Made by a program: the position numbers and the translations under genes. The notes beneath the pieces were generated by a model, which was given only the letters and a program-made list of their open reading frames with translations, was not told the origin of the DNA and did not search any database. A DNA stretch of 54,033 nt, the filler included, from Jimgerdemannia flammicorona (Eukaryota): the NCBI GenBank assembly GCA_003990765.1. It is 3 parts of 3 records of this genome, joined end to end, with 100 filler letters (N's around TTAATTAATTAA, not from the genome) between each part and the next. Parts side by side here need not be neighbours in the genome. Positions count along the whole stretch, not along the records: positions 1 to 17,946 come from RBNJ01002353.1; positions 18,047 to 35,991 come from RBNJ01002354.1; 1 more part is not named here. The stretch is one strand, 5' to 3'. Positions 11,066 through 21,036 of the stretch are shown here, in pieces (within the stretch, counting starts at the first letter, position 1; every line of letters starts with the position of its first letter).

Positions 11066-11631
11066 TCACCGATCCCCTTTACTTTCTTCAAGTCCCGAAT
11101 AAGCTGGACGATCAAATAATGTTGGTCCAAATTTTAGTTCGAATGGCTGAATGAGAAATTCGTCTTTGGTAAGAAGTAACGAACTGCCGCCGATTTTCCG
11201 CTCTTTGAAGATTTGAATATGTGCATCTTTGGGCCGCAATGTCTTGAGGTTGGCTCTCAGGAATGCGACTACGTCATCGTCGCTCCATTCATGCACGACA
11301 TTCTCTTGGAGATAATCAGGTATGATAGGATTTCCAGGTCGCACGGCCGAGATTGACACCTTTGAAATGACGACAGAGAGGTTAAGAACAGGAATACAGA
11401 ACCCCTTGAAAGAACGAATATAGATAATAAAACAAAAATATGCACCCCTTTGCCTTTGACCTTGGACTTGTTATGCTGTGGGCCAGATTGCTAATCTTCT
11501 TTCTCATTAACTTCTGTGGTCACCTAGAAAAACAAGACAGAGAACGGGGAAGGCAAGAATAACAACAAGAAGTAAAAGATATCGCTGTTGGCAGAATTAT
11601 CGCGGAGAAAAATTATCACCGAAAACGACAT
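11066..11631 (-). pseudogene. SAM-like domain gene fragment, three putative exons, disrupted
   Basis: VHEWSDDDVVAFLRANL...HIQIFKERKIGGSSLLLTKDEFLIQPFELKFGP fits a sterile-alpha-motif-like pattern. Putative GT-AG introns at ~11360-11444 and ~11524-11619. In-frame TAG in exon 2; a frameshift precedes LIVQLIRDLKK. Confidence 0.5.
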
Positions 11632-11702
11632 GGCCTTTTGGAGTGTGAAAGGGTGACGGTTGCACGCCATTTCGGGTAAATTTGTGACGTCACATTCGAG
11701 CA

Positions 11703-11835
11703 ATTCCACGGAGGGAGATGGCCGCTGTTTTACAGTGCGCACAAAGGCCCTAGGAAATGTCTATCATGATGGACTTGGTGTTGCCCTTGCGCACACCGCC
11801 CTAGGAAATGTCGGTCATGATGGACTTGGTGTTGT
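11703..11835 (+). repeat. Rearranged partial duplicate of coding sequence 13279-13393 of the neighbouring gene
   Basis: GGGAGATGGCCGC, GCCCTAGGAAATGT..CATGATGGACTTGGTGTTG (two copies) and CCCTTGCGCACA all match the CDS. Confidence 0.85.
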
Positions 11836-12478
11836 ATCCCATCTTACAGAGCCGTAGGAAGCACCTGTGGATACTTCCGGGAAACCTTGGTATCTATCTA
11901 TCGACACCGTCATTTTCCGATATCCACGTATTCTAACCATCGTATTTCCTTACCTCCGTCTTCTGGGACGCCAAGGATCCGTTATGCCGATTACGCCAAG
12001 GGCTATAATCAGTGGTGATACGCGTTTTGGGCGCTTAGTTTTAATAGTGGTGTGGTTGGTAGAAATTCGCTGGCGAGTTTTGCTGTCGACAATAGGATGT
12101 TGTGTGCTAGTCCAAAGTTCGGTCCTGGCGTATTTTGAGCTCTATACTGACTTTGCGGAATGACAAGTTGTTTCTGCTAGGGGGCGTCCTCTACATCTAA
12201 ATTTCTGAACGCTGGGAGTTTAATTAATAAATAATCAATATTAATAATCTGGTCGCCCGATTTTCCGCTTAAGAATTTCCTCCTAACGATGGCCTATTGG
12301 CTATTGATGGGCAATGCGAACGTGACTTTTCCTCATCAAAGAAGGAGCGCAGAACAACCAAACAGCCTGATGACAAATGATGCATCTTATCCAGGCATTA
12401 CTTGATGCAGCTGTCCTTTATCTGTGCCGAAAATAACCCTCCTTTTTGGCGGAACAACGTCAAACAAGTGTTATTAGC

Positions 12479-12486
12479 TATAAATA
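12479..12486 (+). promoter_or_regulatory. Candidate TATA box of the TPR-Sel1-MYND gene
   Basis: TATAAATA ~45 nt upstream of ATG 12531. AATAAA at 15384 downstream of the stop codon. Confidence 0.5.
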
Positions 12487-12530
12487 CCTCTTAGTCATCG
12501 AAACCGTTCCATCTCTCCTTCACATTCGCC

Positions 12531-15320
12531 ATGAATTCAAACACAAAAATTATTGAACCAGAGCAACACAATTCCAATGGCAATATGGCTTTCAAGGCCG
12601 GTGATTATCACGCTGCATACAAACACTACTCGAAAGCTATCAAGGAAGCCAACCCAAAGTGCGCGAAATACTACACGAACCGCGCCCGCACAAGCCTCCG
12701 GCTCAAACGTTACGCCGTCGCCTACGACGACGCGGACGAGGCCATCAAGCACGACCCCATGAGTGTCAAGGGCTACTATTGCAAAGGCGAAGCGCTTTTT
12801 GGAAAGTCTGACTATCAGCTCGCCCAAAACCAGTTCGAAAAGGCCCTCGAGTTGGCGCCTCATGACGCCACTATCCGCCTTAAGGTCGACGAATGCAAAA
12901 AACTGCAGTTCGACAGGAACGTCCACCATGACGAAGTTCAGCAAGCATTTGCCGCAAATGCCTCTAGGGAGATCATGGATTTGATGGGAAAGATTAAAGA
13001 CGGCAGATCACCATTAAACGACTATATCAATCCCCAAAAAATCGATCCTGCGGTAATGGAAAGGGACAGGGATGTTCTCTTTAAAACCACTCCTATAGTA
13101 ATAGAAGCGCACAGCTACAGGGACGGCCTCCGTGGGCGAAAGCAGAATTACACAAAGGCGATGGAGCTTTACCACAAAGCCGCGGAGATGGGGAGTTCGG
13201 AGGCGCAGTACAACCTCGGATATTTGTACGCTAGTGTTCACGGTGGTCCCGTCAATTTCGCGAAGGCTCGCCACTATTGGGAGATGGCCGCCTCGCAACC
13301 GCTGTTCCACAGTCATCTCCGTATTCCACGACTCGGTGTTGCCCTTGCGCACAACGCCCTAGGAAATGTTTACCATGATGGACTTGGTGTTGTGCCAGAT
13401 TTCAACAAGGCATTCCAACATTTCAAAACCTCGGCTGCTGGCGGCGAACCTTGCGGAATGAGCAATTTGGGCCTTGCGTACGAGAGGGGGGAAGGTACTC
13501 CTGTCAACATTTTGAAGGCCGTCGAGATCTACACTCAAGCTTCCGACAAGAATTGGCCTGTCGCACAGTGCAACCTGGCTCACATTTATGCCTATGGCTA
13601 TCCCGGCATTGTCGAAAAGAATATATCGCTGGCCCGAGAATTGTACACCAAAGCCGCGGCGAACAACTATTCACCGGCGACAGTTGCATTGTCAGAGCTG
13701 GAGGGTAATTCCCTTGATGCTCTTCTGGTTGCGGCAGAAACTGGTGCGCCCGATGCCATGTACAATATAGGAGTCGCATATCAAAATGGAATCGACACGC
13801 AGGAACCAGACCTCGACAAAGCTATGTACTGGTTCGAAAAGGCGGCAAAGAAGAATTTCCCCCCGGCTCAGTTTCGGTTTGGATTCCTCAATCTCGACAA
13901 AGTGCGCACATCCGTCGAACCGAACCAGATCAACAAGGCAGTTCAAAGTATCCGAGATTCTGCTCAGCTGAATTACCCTCAAGCGCAATTCCTGTTGTCG
14001 GAGTTTTATCGTTTCGGTGATTATGGGGTTAAACGAGATATTGCTAAAGCTAAAAGCTGGCGCGAAAAGGCCATTGAGAATGGCTTCAGTATTCCGAGTG
14101 GCTTTTCTTACGAGGACGATCTAAACGATGGTGATTTCGAGCAACTCCTTCGCCGCATAAAAAAATGGGAGCTTTCGCACGATACCGTGGAGAATGACAA
14201 CGCAGAATTCTTTACCAACAAGGAGCGCGTGGCAAAATATCACGAATCGCAGTTGAAAAAATCTTTCATAAAGTCTTTTACCGATCCGGAGCACGCTAAA
14301 ACATTTATCGAGGCGAGTACCACCCTTTCGGAGGCAATTAAGAAAGGCATGATCCGACAGCATCCCGACAACGGCAGAATTTCCGATGACCCCTACTCGC
14401 TCGAGGAGCTCGCGCCTTATGCAAATACTAGCGTCGGAGATACCATGATAGCCGCGAAATTACACCATCATCGCGGATTCAACTTCCTGCTTGAAGGCGA
14501 CATCGGGTCTTTTATCCACGAGTGGTCTCAAGCCTTCAAACTTTGCGACATCGTCTGCACGATTCCTGATTCTGTGATGGAACTGTGTCCCGACGTGATC
14601 AAGAATTTTATCTCCAAGAACCCGCGCAATGCCGAGGCCAGATTTGTACTTGCGTCGATCTACTCCTATGGGAAACGACCTGTGAGGTTCATCATTTCCT
14701 TGATGGACGAGTGTCTCGCTTTGTGTCCACAAGATGCGGCGTTCTACTCATACCGGGGGTGCATGAAGTGCTTTGCGGAGAGGTACCAAGACGCAATTCA
14801 TGATTTCGATGCTGCTCTTCAGCTCCTTGGCCCCAACGATTGCTACCATGTTTACTATATGCGGGCGACAGCAAAGCGTCAGAACCTTCAGAGTATTGAT
14901 TCATCTCTGTTGAAGGACGCGTTGGTGGACTACAATCTATTTTTGGAGCTCGCCCCACCGGAAGAGCGCAAGATTCCAGAGGCGTTGTACAGCATGGCTT
15001 TCTGTCACATCGATGACATTCAGAAGGCGGCCGAATACTATGATCGTGGTGTTGAGGCCGAGGCTAAACGACCTCCTATCTTCGGTCCTCTGGACTTCCC
15101 GCTCAAGATGGTTGTTGAATCCCTCCTGAAGATGTCGTCGATTTTCAAACAAGAGAAAAAGTCGGAGTTAAATATTTGCCCTATATGTAAACAGGTAGCA
15201 ACCAAGGTTTGCAGCGTATGCAATAAGGTTTGGTATTGTAGCAAAGAACATCAAAAGGCAGATTGGAAAGTGCATAAGAAGGAACACAAGCGTGAGGGTG
15301 GTGACGCGTGGTCCCTTTGA
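12531..15320 (+). CDS. 929-aa protein: N-terminal TPR domain, Sel1-like repeats, further TPRs, C-terminal MYND zinc finger
   Basis: GNMAFKAGDYHAAYKHYSKAI...YYTNRA (TPR); repeated AQYNLG/ALGNVYHDGLGV/AMYNIG...KAMYWFEKAA (SLR); CPICKQVATKVCSVCNKVWYCSKEHQKADWKVHKKEH (MYND). Uninterrupted, CpG-rich ORF. Confidence 0.92.
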   Translation: MNSNTKIIEPEQHNSNGNMAFKAGDYHAAYKHYSKAIKEANPKCAKYYTNRARTSLRLKRYAVAYDDADEAIKHDPMSVKGYYCKGEALFGKSDYQLAQNQFEKALELAPHDATIRLKVDECKKLQFDRNVHHDEVQQAFAANASREIMDLMGKIKDGRSPLNDYINPQKIDPAVMERDRDVLFKTTPIVIEAHSYRDGLRGRKQNYTKAMELYHKAAEMGSSEAQYNLGYLYASVHGGPVNFAKARHYWEMAASQPLFHSHLRIPRLGVALAHNALGNVYHDGLGVVPDFNKAFQHFKTSAAGGEPCGMSNLGLAYERGEGTPVNILKAVEIYTQASDKNWPVAQCNLAHIYAYGYPGIVEKNISLARELYTKAAANNYSPATVALSELEGNSLDALLVAAETGAPDAMYNIGVAYQNGIDTQEPDLDKAMYWFEKAAKKNFPPAQFRFGFLNLDKVRTSVEPNQINKAVQSIRDSAQLNYPQAQFLLSEFYRFGDYGVKRDIAKAKSWREKAIENGFSIPSGFSYEDDLNDGDFEQLLRRIKKWELSHDTVENDNAEFFTNKERVAKYHESQLKKSFIKSFTDPEHAKTFIEASTTLSEAIKKGMIRQHPDNGRISDDPYSLEELAPYANTSVGDTMIAAKLHHHRGFNFLLEGDIGSFIHEWSQAFKLCDIVCTIPDSVMELCPDVIKNFISKNPRNAEARFVLASIYSYGKRPVRFIISLMDECLALCPQDAAFYSYRGCMKCFAERYQDAIHDFDAALQLLGPNDCYHVYYMRATAKRQNLQSIDSSLLKDALVDYNLFLELAPPEERKIPEALYSMAFCHIDDIQKAAEYYDRGVEAEAKRPPIFGPLDFPLKMVVESLLKMSSIFKQEKKSELNICPICKQVATKVCSVCNKVWYCSKEHQKADWKVHKKEHKREGGDAWSL

Positions 15321-15779
15321 GATCATGGCCGAAAAGCAATGTAATTGTCGCACAAACGTTTACTATGGAGTCTACACAATGGAAATAAAGGCTTTCGTCC
15401 TAGCTAAGCAGATCAAGAACAGGTTGAAATGCGACTTTCGGGAAATTGAGGTTGAGCTTTAATTCTTTGGTTCGTTCGTGCACCAAGATTTCCTCACGCA
15501 TTGCGAATATGCAATTTGATGAACTCTTTGCCATAGAGATTAGTGCCAGTTATGTGTCACGGCGAGACCCACCTTTTTCAACTTCAAGATCTCTCTGATA
15601 ATTAATTGAGAAGATATCTTAATCTTCTGGATTTCCTAAGTATCAGCCAATGGCTTGTTAAGACGTCCTGAGTGACACTATTCAAAGGCAATAAAAAGCA
15701 AATACAATTAAAGTAATCTTGGTTAGGAAATTATACAATAATTGATAGGCACAATAAAGAAGATTAAACTTTATAGAAA

Positions 15780-16400
15780 ATGAGAAAAGAATTATAAAAA
15801 TACTGATAATATACCTTCTTTTTATTTGTAATTCAGAAAGGAAATTATAATTAGACTATATTTAATTAATAATATATTTATTAATATAAAAGTTTTAAAA
15901 AAATTTAAACTATATATAATTTTTACTACATTAAGTCTATTAATAGATCTAGATTTTATATTAATAATATATATTACAACTAAAAGAAAATTTACTATTA
16001 TATATATATTATTTTATTAATAGTATAATATAAAAGATTAAAAATTATTACTATAGTTTAAATTATATTATTATAATTTAATAAAAATTATATATTTTTT
16101 ATATTATAATATTTATAATTAATAATTTAAATTTAATTTACTTAATTTGATTTATTAAAAAGTATTATAAATATAAAATAGTTATTAATTAAATTTACTG
16201 AATTTTTAAATAAATAATTTTAAATATTTATATTACTGGTCTCTTATAATTATTTAAATTCTTTTAATATTTTCTTTAATTTGATATACTTTACTTATTA
16301 TTAATAATATGATTTTAAAACTAATAAAATAAGAAAATATATAAAAATTATATATTTAATTTTATTATATAGTTAAATATAATATTTTACAGTTTTAATA
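15780..16400. other. Extremely AT-rich decayed tract
   Basis: Almost no C or G. Continuous with the decayed LRR exons to its right. Confidence 0.7.
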
Positions 16401-16818
16401 TATCAAAAAGTCTCAGTAAGATCAAGATTGTATTCTGCTTCAGATATTTTATTTTCTCATGATCAATATTATTTTCTTAACATAAACAGGAGATGAGTAA
16501 ACACACTAAGCTCATGAGTTTATTTCTCACTATATAGCTGTATAAAATATATCATACTACTCTGATATATATACTTTGGGCATTCAGTTCAATTAAAGTC
16601 ATTTTCTACTTTAAAGAATCGGCTAGAGTGTCTGCCTCCTAAGAATTAATGTTATTTTCTAAAATTGAATAGGGGGAGAGCAAATATGTTCAGACTATAA
16701 GCTTGACTCAATCAGGAAGCTGCAAGCAATTTCAATGCTTACACAGTTCTGACATATGTCAGTAGTATTTCATTGTGGTTGGTGGCCAATTAGTACCTCG
16801 AATCGACGAGAAAGGCAT
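16235..16818 (-). pseudogene. Decayed RNI-like leucine-rich-repeat gene (one LRR per exon)
   Basis: An 84-nt AG|...|GT exon at 16575-16658 reads NNINS*EADTLADSLK*KMTLIELNAQ. The next exon contains LKQNTILILLRL (~16410-16445). Possible ATG at 16818. Confidence 0.55.
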
Positions 16819-17946
16819 TTTGAGAAAGACTATGGCGAAGTCCTTATATTCCTGTGACAGATAGAGCCAGTATCGCGACAACTCGCAACTACGTGTCTTC
16901 ATTATTGGCGACCGTAATCAAAGTAGACAAGATGACCAACGTGTTACGGTTTCTGTTTGTGTGCAAATCACGTGAAATTCGCTTCCGGTTGTTATGTTTG
17001 ATGATTGCTAACTTCGATGGCAAGTACTTCATCAAATGACATATATATACTCACAATGTGCAACGGTTCTGTCGGCCCTTAGGCTGAATCAGAAATCGTG
17101 AACATGAAGGAACCAAAGAATCAAAATTCAACCTTTAGAAGGCATATCTCCGAACTGTTGTCCTGGACAGCGGCAGCAGCGACAATCAGCCTGATTCATG
17201 GCAAGTAAATGTTACCGATATGACTGACAAGGGCACGGCATAAACATCATTTTCTCCCGTGCCACCCACACAAGCCAAATATTATGAAATTCGGATTCTA
17301 CATATAGCTAGTAACATACATTTCGGGTCCTGACTAAAACACGTTGAATGCCGCAGTTTTTCACGCTGCGGATGTGCAGCCCTGCAACAGTGCTTCAGTC
17401 CAGCCAGTAGAAATTGAATTTGCAATAACATTTGTCGACCCCAAGCCCAATCTCCTTATTCCCACCGCGATCTGTCGTGGAAGTTATGACAGTAGTAGAA
17501 AACCAGTTATAACCAAACTTTGCCTGTGGTACAACAAGCGGATACTCGCTTGGGGGTAATCCTGCTCATCATTAAACAGAATCGTTTTGGATACGTAGGG
17601 GCACCAAAAAATTGAGACATTCATTTACACAAAGAAAAATAGTGGATACCGCAAGGTAGAACCCGAGGGCACCGCGGTTGGTCCAGGGGTCACGGTGTTA
17701 GGGTGATGTGTTTTATGGGGTTCGATTTTTAGGTAAGCAGCTGCGCACCGTGACCTTCAGCCGACCTAGACCATGCATGTAACGCTTCCGCAGTGCCGTA
17801 GCTCCCAGATTTTGATAGTGGGTGATTGTTTTCGTGCCGTAATCTCAGATTAAAATTTAGTCATTCCCGAGCAATACCGGAACTGTAACTCCCTTCCCAG
17901 GAGACTCTCATTTTTAGCAGACAGCGAATATCATAAATACCCCCCC

Positions 17947-18046
17947 NNNNNNNNNNNNNNNNNNNNNNNNNNNNNNNNNNNNNNNNNNNNTTAATTAATT
18001 AANNNNNNNNNNNNNNNNNNNNNNNNNNNNNNNNNNNNNNNNNNNN
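17947..18046. other. Artificial contig spacer
   Basis: N44-TTAATTAATTAA-N44, which has stop codons in all six frames. Confidence 0.95.
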
Positions 18047-18263
18047 AAAGACCACTCTATCCCCCACTACCCCAACTCTCCCCCCACTCTGTCTACAAAT
18101 TCTCTCCACCAAATATCACTATTGACCACCCTAACAATCCAAATCCTCATTTAAATCTTTCAACTAAATCCTCCAATCTGAATTCTCTAATCTAAATTCT
18201 CCAATCTGAATTCTCTACTTGACTCATCTGCTAGATATATCCTTATATATGTATAATATATAC

Positions 18264-19809
18264 TGTAACAGTGACCTCAGAATGATAACATCAGCAGAGG
18301 AGATAGTCTTTTCTTATACCACTAGATCAGAGTATGAGAAGATCATATGGTATGACTCATCAGGGCTACAAGATGAGCAATGATGACTAACCATGAGTCA
18401 TTGTGACCACAAGACAGATATCTCAAGGAATATAAAAGAAGAATCAAGAAACCACAATAGCAGCAATCTAAACAATATATACAAGAATAATTTTAAAGAC
18501 TTACCATAAATAAAATGCCTGCCACTCACCAAACCTCAAGGTCTAGAAACCATCAAGGCCCCTCAGTCCAGGATAGAATGTTCTAAGACATCAGAAGAGC
18601 TATAGACCTATACAAGAAGGGCTCCTAGTATTAATCTGAGTACTAGTGACCTCTATTATTATATTCTCTACTGCTGTAAAATGGAAACAAGGATCACCAT
18701 CACTACTAAATACCTCTGGATGTAGCAGGAGTATGAAATAGGAAACCTTTTCTACCAGGAGTTCCCTCAGACCAGTCTCCAGGAGATTCAAGATATCACT
18801 CCTATAGATATATATGAAATAAGAACAGTAAAGAAGATTCATCAGATTTTCTGGCATATACTATAATTGATCCCCAACTTGGAGTATACTAGAATCTCAG
18901 ACTTCAAGGAACTGTCAGCTCACTGCACCAATGCACTAGAGACCATGGTGGCCACAGAGGCTCAGTCTACTATTACCCTCAATAGTGATGAAGTAGAAGA
19001 CTTCTGGTATCCCATCCTCCAGGACAACCCAGATCAATTCCTACAACAATTGATCTCAGTATTCTAAGACCTCAGTATCCAGGTTAGACCTCCCCAAGAC
19101 TCCACATTTGTTTCTTATTTTGTTGAAAAGAATGTCATAGATTGGAGAGCCCTAGACCTCCTTGTTCTCCTCACTGCTAAATATGATAATGTCATCAATG
19201 ATGACATTATCCTGTGTGATATATGTGAGATGTACAAAGTATACAAAACAGACAAAATGTTTGCAGACTCATCTCCTTCAAAGACATCCTGTCTCCAATC
19301 TCTGGTCTTGATAGTGATGAAGATGAAGCCCCCATAGTCCTGAACTTTCTGCTCTAAGTTCTTGGTAATATCAGATTCTACCAGCATCCTTTTTCTGTAT
19401 AACTATTATTCTTCTAATATTCTTTTTCTGTACCACTGAAATTCTACTATCATCCTAAACTTATACAACCATTTGTACAGACAACTATAGTTTTCTGTAT
19501 TCTAGTATTTTATTTGGTTATTGAAATTTATATTTAGCTTTATAACTTAGCAACCATTGAATTATATTTTATATAAATACCTCTCTTATTTCCTTTGAAA
19601 TAAAGTTAGTCAAGTTCACTTACCCTCAATTTCATACAAGCAATCTAAGAGATAACAAAACAGTTTAAAGATAAGAAGTTTGAGGACTATAAGATCTTGG
19701 GAAGGCACTTCAATAAGAACTTACTTATAATAAACTTGAGGTTAGTCTAAGAGATATATCTTAGAGAGAATCTGATATATTTGAAAGACTCAGTAACCAC
19801 TATATGACA
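18264..19809 (+). repeat. A2 5' LTR
   Basis: TGTAACAGTG...TATGACA followed by the PBS ACTTGGTATC. Single U5 end. Confidence 0.9.
18515..19357 (+). pseudogene. Third copy of the family-A accessory gene
   Basis: MPATHQTSRSR...IPNLEYTRISDFKELS...WYPILQDNPDQFLQQL...APIVLNFLL*, with internal stops. Confidence 0.78.
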
Positions 19810-21036
19810 ACTTGGTATCTATTGACTGGTGATTCAAGATGAATTCCTCACTTTCAAGCTGAAAAATGAACAACTACCACAATAACTACTCTGACTACAA
19901 GAGTCATCTCTGTAAGAATTCAAGACAAGATAGAAATGTATCCCTCTACATTCTATGGATATACTACTGAAGAGTCAATCCTGATCTTTATTGAAGACTT
20001 TGAACAATTTGCTGCCATATGAGCCCTCAATGTGGATGCACAATTGGCCCTTCTACCAGTCAGCCTCAGAGGACCTGCCAGAGACAAGTTCAATGCAGCC
20101 ACTATTGCTGATACTAGTGCAGCCAGACTTGCCAACATAAAGACCTTTCTCAGAACTATATACTACACTAAAGAGATCAAGTAAGCTCTCAAGGATCAAC
20201 TCAACACTATCTGTCAGAGACTTAGTAAAGACTCCAACTTATTCTATACCCAAATCTGCTATCAGATTGTTTTGGCTAATTATAATGATTACCTCAAGGA
20301 TCAAATAGCAGATTCAACCTTTCTGAAAGGAGTTCACCCTGAAATTGCCCTTACAATCTGATCTATCTCAGTTGCTCTGACTCTTGACCAGAAAGTGGTC
20401 TTTATACAGAAATATTAGACTGTCAGACACCTCACTGAACACTCAATAGAGAAAATAACTGGCATCAAGATAGAGCCATCAAAGCCATCTAGTATCATAT
20501 CTGCTACAGTTGTAAACAAACAACCATCTCCACCTATTTCCAAGATAGCCAAAGCTGATTCAGTGGAGGAACTCACCAAGTAGTTTGCTGAGATGACTAT
20601 ATATCTTAGTGATATTATTAGAGAAGTCTAAAGGGCCAACAGGAGACCAGTACAGAGATTTGCAGTTGCTATAGAAGAATGCAATATTATATACTTCAGA
20701 TGCAGAGAAGAAGACCACTATACAAAGAGTTGCATGATCAAAACAAGATGCAAAGCACAATCAAGCAATGCTACCAGAACTAGAGAATAAACTAATGTAG
20801 TAGTCATCAAGGAGATTGGTGATACTGATGATGAAGAATACTACAAAGAGTCTGAATTCTATTCTATTACTGAAGGTACCAGAATTCAGTCCAAGCCCTA
20901 TGACAAAAAGGACAACAGCAAGCCAGTTGGAAGACCAAAGAAGACCCCAGCTATTACTATTCAAAATAAGACCCAATCTGAGGAGATTGATCAAGATATA
21001 GAGTTAGATAAAGCTGACTGCCAAATCATTGAAGAC

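Noticed and set aside
16854..17946. Short ORFs 16854-17039 and 17344-17559, or an ncRNA in the CpG-rich tract
   Set aside because: Non-ATG starts, no motifs and no recognisable RNA structure; probably intergenic or promoter DNA.
17991..18002. TTAATTAATTAA as a biological site
   Set aside because: Centred in N padding at both gaps; an assembly linker.
18165..18216. 14-bp tandem repeat TCTGAATTCTCCAA
   Set aside because: Only 3-4 degenerate copies near a contig edge, with no interpretable context.
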